Positions 34,178-42,699 of a DNA stretch of 60,187 bases are shown piece by piece. The translations under genes and the position numbers were made by a program. The notes under the pieces are model-generated. The model was given only the letters and a program-made list of their open reading frames with translations, made no database searches and had not been told where the DNA came from. The stretch spans positions 1 through 60,187 of the forward strand of contig CAYQTK010000001.1 of NCBI GenBank assembly GCA_964420375.1, in the 5' to 3' direction. The DNA comes from an uncultured bacterium. Lineage in GTDB: Bacteria; RBG-13-61-14; DATKZS01. Numbering within the stretch: position 1 is the stretch's first letter; each line of letters opens with the position of its first letter.

Positions 34178-35605
34178 TTACTCCTGTTCGGAAGGATCGG
34201 CGATCTTGTATTTTAGAGAAGGCCACCCCGCCATTTGTTCCTCGACCGGACCTTGGAACTCTCCCTTTAAAAACCTTTTTCTGATGACCTCGTACTGGGC
34301 CGGGCTTACTACGGGCGGCGACTTCCGGGCCCTGCCGTAGAGAATTCGGGTGGACAGAACAAGTCTTTGAAGCCGCTTTTCAGTCCATCCGAAAAGCGGG
34401 GTCGCGAGACGGTGGGCCTTACTCCACTGCTCGTTGGTGGTCGGGGGATCGAGTCCCATGTCAAGGCACATCTCCCACACCGGTGTGTCCGGATATGGTC
34501 TCAGTCCCTGGATGTCGTGATATACCCTGCCGCTCATCCGGTAGAGCTGGTCCATGAACTCGCGGGTCCGGGTCCTCTCTTCTTCCGTCTCTCCGGGGAC
34601 AAGCTGTATCCAGTTGCCGGAGGCGAAGATGCCTTCCCGGTCCAGGTTTTCGATCCCGGCCCTGATCTGCTCCGCGCTGAAGCCCTTGCGGAGTATCTTT
34701 AAGACCCGGTCCACACCCGACTCGAACCCGAAGGACAAAAACCGGCAGCCGCTGTGCCGGAGCCAGCCCGCGAACTCCCGGTCCACTATGTCTATCCTTG
34801 CAGTGGACACCCATGGCATGCCCACGCCTTCGATGACCTCTTTGCCCTGCTTAACCTTGCCGAAGGGGTTGTCGGATATCCACCTCACCATGTTGATCTT
34901 GAACCTCTTCTTAAGATAGCCCACCTGCTCGTTGAGGTAATCAGTGCTGTGGATGCGGAAGCGGCGGCGGTCGGGGTTTGACTGGTTGTAACAGAAGATA
35001 CACCGGTGGGGACAGCCCCTGGAAAGAGAGACCATCATCATCAGGTCGCCCTGCGCAGGGAAAAACTCCAGGTACTCGGAAAGGTTCAAAAGCTCCCACG
35101 CCGGCCGGAAGCGGTCCAGGGCGGAGTGGAAAGAGCCCACCGGGTTGATGACCGGCCCGTCCTCTTTGTATCCCGCTCCGGGGACCTCCCGCGGAAGGCT
35201 GCCTTCAGCAAGGACACGCGCAAAATCTATAACCGTAAGCTCGGCCTCCCCGGCGAGGATGTAATCAACGTAATCCGCGGACAAGGCAGTCTCCGGAACC
35301 ATGGAAGGATAGATGCCGCCCCAGACCACCGGCACGCCCGCAAAATGGACCGCTTGCGAGATATCAATGTCCTCGGCAAGCAAAGGGGTGGCAATAACGC
35401 TGAACCCCACGAACAAGGGCCTCTCCTCTGCAACAGCATCCAGTATCGCTTGCTTGCGTCCCTCCACCCGGTGGATGATCTTCACCCGGAAACCGGCCTG
35501 TAAAAGGGAATCCGCAAGATACAGGACACCGAAGGGAGGATACTTGCGATATACCCAGGGACGCTGCGCGGTAAGTATTATAAGCGGGGCTTCTCTCGAC
35601 ATCAT
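34178..35605 (-). CDS. B12-binding-domain radical SAM protein
   Basis: N-terminal Rossmann-like B12-binding region (FGVLYLADSL...) and LSRGCPHRCIFCYN (CX3CX2C). Confidence 0.85.
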   Translation of the reverse strand: MMSREAPLIILTAQRPWVYRKYPPFGVLYLADSLLQAGFRVKIIHRVEGRKQAILDAVAEERPLFVGFSVIATPLLAEDIDISQAVHFAGVPVVWGGIYPSMVPETALSADYVDYILAGEAELTVIDFARVLAEGSLPREVPGAGYKEDGPVINPVGSFHSALDRFRPAWELLNLSEYLEFFPAQGDLMMMVSLSRGCPHRCIFCYNQSNPDRRRFRIHSTDYLNEQVGYLKKRFKINMVRWISDNPFGKVKQGKEVIEGVGMPWVSTARIDIVDREFAGWLRHSGCRFLSFGFESGVDRVLKILRKGFSAEQIRAGIENLDREGIFASGNWIQLVPGETEEERTRTREFMDQLYRMSGRVYHDIQGLRPYPDTPVWEMCLDMGLDPPTTNEQWSKAHRLATPLFGWTEKRLQRLVLSTRILYGRARKSPPVVSPAQYEVIRKRFLKGEFQGPVEEQMAGWPSLKYKIADPSEQE

Positions 35606-35648
35606 CTTATTATAACCCTGCTGTCCCCTCCGGCGTAATTTATCGTAA

Positions 35649-36788
35649 TTACTTCCTGCGGAGCGCCTCCCTGGAGATGACCATCTTCTGGACCTCGCTG
35701 GTCCCCTCGTAGATAGTGGTCACCCGGGCGTCACGATAGAGCCGCTCGACCTGGAACTCGGTGGTGTACCCGTATCCGCCGTGCACCTGGAGCGCATCGT
35801 ATGCTGCTCGGTTCAAAGCCTCGGAGGCGAACAGCTTGGCCATGGAGGCCTCGCCGGTGAAGTTGTTTCCCTGCTCCTTCATGGAGGCTGCGGACAGGGT
35901 CATAAGCTTCGCCGCCTCGTAGGAGGTCGCCATGTCCGCGATCATCCACTGGATGGCCTGGTGGCCGGCGATCGGCTTGTTGAACTGGCGCCTCTCCTGC
36001 GCATAGCTTTTGGAAAGGTCCAGGCATGCGGCGAGCATGCCGGTGGCTTGCGCCGCGATTCCGATCCTGCCCGAATCCAGGGCCTGCGCAATGACCTTGA
36101 AACCTTCCCCCTCCCTGCCGATGCGGTTCTCTTCAGGCACTTCACAGTCTTCCAGGAGTATCTCCGCGGTGTCACTGGCGCGCAGTCCCATCTTCTCCAC
36201 CTTCCTGTTGACCGAAAGACCGGGGGTGTCCTTTTCCACTGCAAAGGCTGTAAGCCCCCGGCTTCCGCCCTCGCCGGTGCGGGCCAGCACGATGATGACG
36301 CCCGCGCGCGAGCCGTTGGTGATAAACAGCTTGGTCCCGTTCAACAGGTAGAGGTCCCCTCTCTTTTGGGCCTTGCAACTGACTTCGGAGAGGTTCGAGC
36401 CTGCTCCCGGCTCGGTGAGAGCAAATGCCCCCAGGACTTTGCCGGAGGCCATGGACGTGAGCAACCGTTCTTTCTGGCCGGGGCTGCCGTGGTTCAGAAG
36501 CGGCTCGCAGGAGAGGTTGGTCACGCTCATGGTGACCGCGGTGGATGAGCACGCATAGGCGATCTCCATGAGCGCGAGTACGTAAGCGACCGCGCCCACC
36601 TGGGAGCCGCCGTGCTCCTCAGGGACCATCATGCCTAAAAGGCCGAGCCGGGCCATCTCTTGAACGAGGTCTTCGGGAAACTCGCCGGTGCGGTCCGCGT
36701 TGTCCGCCCGCGGCGCCACTTCCTTGCGGGAGAACTGCTCGACCATGACCCGGATCATCTTCTGCTCTTCGGTTAAGGGAAAGTACAT
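35649..36788 (-). CDS. Acyl-CoA dehydrogenase (short/medium-chain, butyryl-CoA dehydrogenase-like)
   Basis: 379 aa. ALTEPGAGSN, the YEGTSEVQ catalytic-Glu motif and a typical ACAD N-terminus (LTEEQKMIR). Confidence 0.92.
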   Translation of the reverse strand: MYFPLTEEQKMIRVMVEQFSRKEVAPRADNADRTGEFPEDLVQEMARLGLLGMMVPEEHGGSQVGAVAYVLALMEIAYACSSTAVTMSVTNLSCEPLLNHGSPGQKERLLTSMASGKVLGAFALTEPGAGSNLSEVSCKAQKRGDLYLLNGTKLFITNGSRAGVIIVLARTGEGGSRGLTAFAVEKDTPGLSVNRKVEKMGLRASDTAEILLEDCEVPEENRIGREGEGFKVIAQALDSGRIGIAAQATGMLAACLDLSKSYAQERRQFNKPIAGHQAIQWMIADMATSYEAAKLMTLSAASMKEQGNNFTGEASMAKLFASEALNRAAYDALQVHGGYGYTTEFQVERLYRDARVTTIYEGTSEVQKMVISREALRRK

Positions 36789-36796
36789 TCCACACC

Positions 36797-37345
36797 TCAG
36801 GGAGTAAAAATAACGACCAGCAGCTCGGCGGGCTCCGCGCCCGGGTTCTTAAGCTGGTGCTTCTTGCCGGAGTCGAACCGGATGCTCTCGCCTGGCTGCA
36901 GGGTCCGGGTGTTCCTGCCCACCTTGATCCACAGCTTGCCGGACAAAACGTAGATGAACTCTTCGCCCTCGTGCTGATAGCCTACCTTGCGATGATCCGT
37001 CTTGGGGTCGATGGTCACCCGGAAGGCCATGAGGTGCTTTTCCGGGTCCTCGTCGGTAAGCGTCTCGTAAGCGTAATCCCGGGTCCTTGTTGCCATGGCT
37101 TTTTTCATCTTGCCCGGCGAGGTCTTCACCGGCTTGTCCGCGAGAAATGTCGAAGGGTCCACCGACAAGGTCCGCGACAGGGTGATGATCTCGGACACGT
37201 GGGGAAAAACCTTCTCCTCTTCCAGCTCTTCCAGGTAGGAAGGCTCCATGCCTACCTGCTCGCCGAGATCAGCCCGGGAAAGACCTTCCCCCTCCCGGAG
37301 CTTGCGAAGCCGGGCGCCGAAAGTATCTCCTTCTTTCTTTGCCAT
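36797..37345 (-). CDS. XRE-family HTH transcriptional regulator with C-terminal cupin domain
   Basis: FGARLRKLREGEGLSRADLGEQVGMEPSYLEELE (HTH_3) plus a cupin (HEGEEFIYVLSGKL...PGESIRFDS..H). ATG 37345 has GGAGGAACGG upstream. Confidence 0.85.
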   Translation of the reverse strand: MAKKEGDTFGARLRKLREGEGLSRADLGEQVGMEPSYLEELEEEKVFPHVSEIITLSRTLSVDPSTFLADKPVKTSPGKMKKAMATRTRDYAYETLTDEDPEKHLMAFRVTIDPKTDHRKVGYQHEGEEFIYVLSGKLWIKVGRNTRTLQPGESIRFDSGKKHQLKNPGAEPAELLVVIFTP

Positions 37346-37570
37346 CCGTTCCTCCGTTGAAAATGATTCGACAATATGGCTGTCATTGATATGCTGCGGC
37401 TCTCTCCCTATCTCAAAACGGGACCGCGACAGCCCTTCACCTCGTACTTTCACCATATCCCGGCATGTGCCGCCAAGTCAAAAACATTATTGTAACCGCG
37501 TCTTGTCTCTATCGTATCTCCTTGCAAACCCCGCTTCTGTGATTAAGGTTAGGTGGAAGGAGGGGAATAA

Positions 37571-38203
37571 ATGAAGAAGCTGCCGTCCGGCATCTACGCC
37601 ATCATCAATCCGGGCTCCCGGCAGGACATGGATGCTATCGCTCTTGCGCGCCGGTCGCTCGACGCGGGGGTGCACGTGCTTCAGCTCCGGGCGAAGAGCC
37701 TGGCTGCGGGCGAGATGTGCGATCTTGCAAAGGACATGGCCCGGCTGTGTCAAAGCTATGACTGCTTGTTCATAGTCAACGACCGGCTGGACGTGGCCCT
37801 GGCTTCCGGCGCCCACGGCGTGCATCTCGGGCAGGACGACCTTCCCCTGGAAGCGGCCCGCAGCATTGTTCCGCCGGGCTTTACGGTGGGGATATCCACC
37901 CACAGCCTGGAGGAAGCAAAAGAAGCCGAAAGCGCGGGAGCGGACTACATCGGGTTCGGGGCCATGTACGAGACCGTGACCAAGGAGGACGTGACTCCTC
38001 CCCGCGGAAAGAGGGGCCTGACCGAGGTTGCCGCAGCAGTTAACATCCCGGTTATAGCCATCGGCGGAATAACGAGAGAACACATCAACGAAATCAAACA
38101 AGCGGACGCGTCCGGTGCAGCGGTAATATCATCAATCATTGCAAGGCCCGATCCCGGCGCTGCCGCCCGCGAACTGGTCAGGGAGTGGGAGAGCAGGCGA
38201 TAG
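37571..38203 (+). CDS. thiE: Thiamine-phosphate synthase
   Basis: IYAIINP...VLQLRAK...FIVNDRLDVALASGAHGVHLGQDD...GISTHS...ADYIGFG...IGGI is the typical ThiE pattern. GGAAGGAGGGG RBS. Confidence 0.92.
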   Translation: MKKLPSGIYAIINPGSRQDMDAIALARRSLDAGVHVLQLRAKSLAAGEMCDLAKDMARLCQSYDCLFIVNDRLDVALASGAHGVHLGQDDLPLEAARSIVPPGFTVGISTHSLEEAKEAESAGADYIGFGAMYETVTKEDVTPPRGKRGLTEVAAAVNIPVIAIGGITREHINEIKQADASGAAVISSIIARPDPGAAARELVREWESRR

Positions 38204-38391
38204 TTTATCACATCAATATTTAGTGCCCGGTGCGAAATGGAGGATTTGCCTGCTTTGCGGCGCTGTTTTGGACTGCGGCAGCAAGCTGTCCGCTTTCTCC
38301 GCCGGGAAGCTTGCTTTCCGGAAATGCTCTCCCCAAGAGGCTCGCAGTTTACGAGGCGTCTTTTTGTAAGTTCCGGCAAGCCGGAACTTAT

Positions 38392-38411
38392 GAAAGCGAA
38401 AGCAAGCTTTC
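38392..38411 (-). repeat. Family B repeat, copy 3 (inverted)
   Basis: GAAAGCGAAAGCAAGCTTTC is the exact reverse complement of the 20-mer at 2383-2402 and 2680-2699. Rearranged partial pieces (CGCTTTCTCCGCCGG, GAAGCTTGCTTTCCGG) lie at 38291-38320. Confidence 0.8.
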
Positions 38412-38451
38412 GCAAAAAACGGAGTTTTGCAACGGGAACTAGATATTTTCC

Positions 38452-38543
38452 GTGCGAGTGACTGGTACCGCGTTTTCCGTGCGAGCGGCTTTAGCCGCGA
38501 TTCTTGTGCTAGCGACGGAAGTCGCGGTATCAGTCGCTCGCAC
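38452..38543. repeat. REP/REPIN-like family A cluster: two direct units plus one inverted unit
   Basis: GTGCGAGTGACTGGTACCGCG (38452-38472) and GTGCGAGCGGCTTTAGCCGCGA (38479-38500) are direct units. The inverted unit GTCGCGGTATCAGTCGCTCGCAC (38521-38543) is the reverse complement of GTGCGAGCGACTGATACCGCGAC. Confidence 0.8.
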
Positions 38544-38623
38544 GCAGCTTATAAATTTTAATGTGATCCGCTTATGATCGCCGGGGAAAGACTGAACCGG
38601 AGAAAAAAATCTCATGGCAGAGA

Positions 38624-39631
38624 TCAGGAGTCCCCCCCAAGGCGGAGCATGGACTTCATGATTTCCGGACTGGCCAGGATGCGGGCGGCTGCCGAGTAGG
38701 GGTCCATTTCACCGTTCTCCACCTGTCGGAAGACCTCGGAGACCTGCTCGTCATGCTCCCCCCGGATCCGTTCTCCAAGCTCGGCAAGGAGAAGCTCGAC
38801 CAGCCACCTCTTCAGGTAGTCCTGCCGGAAAGGCCCGATACGGGGCTTGTGCTTTAAAAACTCTTGGTGCTCCTCGATCTTGTCCGCCAGCTCCTTTACG
38901 CCGATGTTGTTCCTGGCCTGGGCCATGAGCACGGGGACCTCCCAGTTTTCGCCGCGCTCATGCATCTCCAGCATGGAGCGGACCTCGACGGAAAGCCGGT
39001 CCGCGCCGTCGCGGTCGGCCTTGTTGATCACGAAGAGGTCGCCGATCTCCATGAGGCCCGCCTTAAGTGTCTGCACCGTATCGCCGGCTTCGGGGACCAG
39101 CACCACCACGGTGGTGTCGGCAATGCCGATGATGTCAAGTTCGGTCTGACCCACTCCCACGGTCTCGATCATGATCCGATCCATGCCAAAGGCGTCCATC
39201 AAGCAGCCCATCTCCATGGTGGCCCGGGAAAGCCCGCCCTGCGAGCCGCGAGAGCCCAGCGAGCGGATGAAGACCCCCTGGTCCAGGGCGTGCTCCTGCA
39301 TCCTTACCCGGTCGCCGAGTACGGCCCCTCCGCTGAAGGGGCTGGAGGGGTCCACGGCGACCGCGCCCACTGTAAAGCCCCGGCTGCGCCACTCCCGGAT
39401 GAGCTGGTCTATCAGGGTCGACTTGCCCGCCCCCGGCGGACCGGTAATACCGAGACGCGGCACCCCCCTCATCCGGGAAGCCACCTGGGCCATGATCTTG
39501 TAAATCCCCGGCGGCCGGGACTCGATCATGGTCATCAGCCGGGCCAGGGCACGCCGGTCGCCTGCCAGCATCTTCTCCACCAGCTCTTTGCTTTCCGGGT
39601 CGGGTTCGGGGATATCGATTACTTCTTCCAA
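38624..39631 (-). CDS. meaB: MeaB/ArgK-type G3E-family GTPase (methylmalonyl-CoA-mutase-associated metallochaperone family)
   Basis: GITGPPGAGKSTL P-loop, the VETVGVGQ switch, NKAD and the N-terminal GDRRALARLMTMIE motif. TTG start at 39631. Confidence 0.9.
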   Translation of the reverse strand: MEEVIDIPEPDPESKELVEKMLAGDRRALARLMTMIESRPPGIYKIMAQVASRMRGVPRLGITGPPGAGKSTLIDQLIREWRSRGFTVGAVAVDPSSPFSGGAVLGDRVRMQEHALDQGVFIRSLGSRGSQGGLSRATMEMGCLMDAFGMDRIMIETVGVGQTELDIIGIADTTVVVLVPEAGDTVQTLKAGLMEIGDLFVINKADRDGADRLSVEVRSMLEMHERGENWEVPVLMAQARNNIGVKELADKIEEHQEFLKHKPRIGPFRQDYLKRWLVELLLAELGERIRGEHDEQVSEVFRQVENGEMDPYSAAARILASPEIMKSMLRLGGDS

Positions 39632-39782
39632 CTTACCGTCCTTTCCTGTCCCGGGAATAATGAATGTGAATTAACCGGGAAAGACTCTTTCAGGGGAATG
39701 GAATAAAAGCGCCCTTAACAACACGACTACTATATCACGAGGCGCGGATAAGGAAAAAGTCGAGCTTTACTGCAATTTTTTA

Positions 39783-39811
39783 TTGACATCCTTAATTGAT
39801 CCTGGTATAAG
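39783..39811 (+). promoter_or_regulatory. Sigma-70-type promoter of the TetR-headed operon (TTGACA-17 nt-TATAAG)
   Basis: TTGACA at 39783-39788 and TATAAG at 39806-39811. The predicted TSS near 39818 argues for the downstream start codon at 39854. Confidence 0.5.
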
Positions 39812-39824
39812 GAGAGGAGCATGG

Positions 39825-39840
39825 TTAGTCAAGCGACTAA
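39825..39840. promoter_or_regulatory. Perfect 6-4-6 palindrome TTAGTC-AAGC-GACTAA, candidate TetR operator
   Basis: It lies immediately downstream of the -10 element and upstream of the TetR start codon. This is the usual position for an autoregulatory operator. Confidence 0.4.
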
Positions 39841-39853
39841 ATCCGGGGGGAGA

Positions 39854-40513
39854 ATGGAAGGGTCGAACAAGAAAGAAGAGATATTAAAAGCGGCAAAGAA
39901 GCTGTTCGGCGAAGCTGGGTTTGACGCGGCCACCACCAGGGAGATATCCCGGGTGTCCGGCATCAACCAGGGGCTTCTCTATTATTACTTCGGCAACAAA
40001 GAGGCCCTGTTCGAGTCGGTTTTGGACCGTTACTTCGAGGAGCTGGAGGGCGAGCTGTTGGCAACGCTTTCCAGGGAGGGAGAGCTTACCGAGAGGCTCG
40101 CCGGAGTGATCGAGGCTTACATGGACTTTCTTCACCGGAATGAAGGGTTTTCGAAGATCATCCAGCGGGAGGCTGCAGGAGGCATTCACATGGAGGCCAT
40201 CCACAAAAGGCTGTCCCCCATATTCGAGCGGGGGCTTCAGATGATCCGGGAAGCATACCCCGGCGCCCGCAGAGGCGAGATGGCCGCGGACCAGGTGCTT
40301 TTAAGCTTCTACTCCATGATCGCGGGCTACTTCACGTGGAGGCCCATGATGGGAAAGCTCCTTGGCATTGATCCGGAGGAGAAGCCCCGGCTCGAGCTCC
40401 GCAAGCGGCACATGGCGAGGATGCTCGAGCTGGTTGCGGATGCAATCGGCAATGAGCGGACATCATTGTCCCTGAAAGAAGACATCACCCAACAGGAAAG
40501 GAGCGGACCATGA
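39854..40513 (+). CDS. TetR/AcrR-family transcriptional regulator
   Basis: KKEEILKAAKKLFGEAGFDAATTREISRVSGINQGLLYYYFGNKEALF is the TetR_N signature. GGGGGGAGA RBS. The track ORF starts at 39821. Confidence 0.9.
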   Translation: MEGSNKKEEILKAAKKLFGEAGFDAATTREISRVSGINQGLLYYYFGNKEALFESVLDRYFEELEGELLATLSREGELTERLAGVIEAYMDFLHRNEGFSKIIQREAAGGIHMEAIHKRLSPIFERGLQMIREAYPGARRGEMAADQVLLSFYSMIAGYFTWRPMMGKLLGIDPEEKPRLELRKRHMARMLELVADAIGNERTSLSLKEDITQQERSGP

Positions 40514-41547
40514 GAAAGATGAATCCACAGCTTGCCAAGACCCTTGGCCAGGCGGCCATGAAAGCCGTCCAGATCAGGAACAGCGGGGAGGGGAACCCCT
40601 TTCTGATCGGCCATTTCGTGACCAACCGCTGCCACAACAACTGCAAGAGCTGCTTGTGGAAGCACAACGACTGGGAGGACGTGCCGCTCGAAGACCTGAA
40701 GCGCTTTTACAGCGAGGCCGCGCAAGAAGGCTTTCTGGGCACCTTCCTCTCCGGCGGAGAGCCGTTTTTAAGAAAGGACATCGGCGAGCTGGCCCGCCAC
40801 GTAAAGGAGGAGTGCGGCATAGCCATTCTTTTCATCACTTCGGGCTGGTTTCTGGAAGAGAGGCTGGACGAGATCGCGCCTTATGCGGACATGATGATGT
40901 GGTCCATGGATTCCTCGGACCCGCAAAAGCACGATGAGATCAGGGGAACCGCCGGTCTTTTCGACAGGCTCATGAAAGGCGTAAAAAGGGTGAAGGCGGA
41001 GTACCCGGAGATGTCCTGCCAGACCAACGTTTGCGTTCAGAAAGGGATTGAGGACGAGATCGACGATCTTCTCAAGCTGCACGACGACCTGGGCATCCAG
41101 ATATCCTTTGACGTTATCTCCGAGTTCCGTCACGACGGGCAGGGCGGCCACTACACCGAGACCAACATGGCGCTCCCGCTTACCGAGCTTCGGGGGGTCT
41201 GCGAGTACATCCTGGAGAGGAAGAAACATGGCGCGCCGGTGTTGAACTCGGAGCGGTACTTCCAGTACTTCATAGACGGCAAGCCGGGTTACAATTGCCA
41301 TCTTCCCAAGCTGGCCATGTGCGTCGACGGCCGGGGCTACGTGGAGGACTGCCTGGACCTCGAACACCCCATCGCCAACATCCGGGAGACGCCTGTAAAG
41401 GAGATCCTTGCACTGCCCCGCTTAAAGAGCCTGCGGGAGATGGCGGAAGACTGCTGTACCTGTAACTCGCCCACCATGATCGACCTGTCCAACGTGTGGG
41501 AGGACCCGCAAATCCTGTTCGAGGACGGCGGCATCCAGGTGGGATAA
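40510..41547 (+). CDS. Radical SAM protein with Cys-rich (SPASM/twitch-like) C-terminal region
   Basis: NRCHNNCKSCLW (CX3CX2C), SGGEPFLRKD and C-terminal cysteines (CHLPKLAMCVDGRGYVEDC ... CCTCNSP). ATGA overlap with the TetR stop. Confidence 0.85.
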   Translation: MRKMNPQLAKTLGQAAMKAVQIRNSGEGNPFLIGHFVTNRCHNNCKSCLWKHNDWEDVPLEDLKRFYSEAAQEGFLGTFLSGGEPFLRKDIGELARHVKEECGIAILFITSGWFLEERLDEIAPYADMMMWSMDSSDPQKHDEIRGTAGLFDRLMKGVKRVKAEYPEMSCQTNVCVQKGIEDEIDDLLKLHDDLGIQISFDVISEFRHDGQGGHYTETNMALPLTELRGVCEYILERKKHGAPVLNSERYFQYFIDGKPGYNCHLPKLAMCVDGRGYVEDCLDLEHPIANIRETPVKEILALPRLKSLREMAEDCCTCNSPTMIDLSNVWEDPQILFEDGGIQVG

Positions 41548-42587
41548 TGCCCATTTTGAAGAACGCTCTACAGCCGATCATCCACCTGCTCGACCGCTCG
41601 AAAAAGGAGCAGGCGGAGAGACCGACTGCCCTCCAGGAAGGAACGCGCTTTCCGCGCTCTCCATGGGACCTGCGCACGGTGATCATCGTGTTTCCAAAAG
41701 ACAGCGGCTTTCGTTACCTGAACCTCAACACCACCCTGGGACTCACCGGCGTGCCCTTTGACCAGGTGAAAAATATCAGCGGACTCGAGCCGGCCGACTG
41801 CTTCGATCTCCAGTTCTGCCTCCAGGCTGAAGACGGCTATACATCTTATAAAAAGTATCATTCCGTCTGCCGGGACATAAGCTACACACCCGGCAAAGTC
41901 CACCTCGAGCTCGCGGGCAGGCTGTTCTACCAGGGGGAATGGCCCGCCTACTCCATTTTGTTCCATCATCCTGAAGAGGAGCTGTCCGTAAAAATGGAGC
42001 TCGACTCCTGGCAGGGATTCCAGTGGTGGTTTTACGCCCCCGCCCTCTACTGTCACAACACCACCTTTGCCTATGCGCGGCTGGAGGTTGAACAACACGG
42101 AGAACGTATTGCAATGACCACTCCTGCTCTCCACGACCACGGGTGGGGCAGGAACCTCCTTCCCCTGAGACCGGGGGTGGGGGTCTTCCGTTACGAGGTC
42201 ATGCGCTTCGGCGAGTCGGGTCACGCCATATCCTTGTGGTCGGAGGCCCCTTTGGGACTCCGGCTCAAGAACATTGGTCTGGTCCGGCCGGATGAGAAGA
42301 ACCTTTTCTATCCTGCCGGCTATAACTGCGACGTCCTGGAATGGGAAGAACACCAAAACTACGCGGGCTGCACTGTCCGCGTGCCCGCAAAGTGGCGCGG
42401 CTTTCAGGAGGGCAAGGCGCTTTCTTTTACTTATGAAGCTCTGCGCAGCACCGAGCCCCTGCCCCTGCTCGGCGAGGGCCTGATTTACGGGTTCGATTAC
42501 CAGGGAAGATTAACCGGCGCCATGGATAAACGGATCAAGGGCCGCGGCTACGTTGAGCAGCTCGGGTTATCAGGTCGCGGAAAGTAA
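41547..42587 (+). CDS. Hypothetical 346-aa protein of unknown function
   Basis: Start ATG 41547 overlaps the radical SAM stop (TAATG). It is Trp/aromatic-rich and looks like a soluble beta-type protein. I recognised no motif. The track ORF starts at 41496. Confidence 0.6.
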   Translation: MPILKNALQPIIHLLDRSKKEQAERPTALQEGTRFPRSPWDLRTVIIVFPKDSGFRYLNLNTTLGLTGVPFDQVKNISGLEPADCFDLQFCLQAEDGYTSYKKYHSVCRDISYTPGKVHLELAGRLFYQGEWPAYSILFHHPEEELSVKMELDSWQGFQWWFYAPALYCHNTTFAYARLEVEQHGERIAMTTPALHDHGWGRNLLPLRPGVGVFRYEVMRFGESGHAISLWSEAPLGLRLKNIGLVRPDEKNLFYPAGYNCDVLEWEEHQNYAGCTVRVPAKWRGFQEGKALSFTYEALRSTEPLPLLGEGLIYGFDYQGRLTGAMDKRIKGRGYVEQLGLSGRGK

Positions 42588-42699
42588 TAGAAAAAGCACG
42601 AGAGAAGATGAGGCCTGTTTTGTTAAAGCAACATAGAGCCAAGATTATTGCCGCTCGCACCTTGTATGACCGCACTCTATACATTGAAAGGAGAGTACC

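Noticed and set aside
37457-37570. TPP riboswitch upstream of thiE
   Set aside because: The leader lacks the conserved CUGAGA and ACCUGAUCUGGAUAAUGCCAGCG-type elements. No convincing THI-box is visible.
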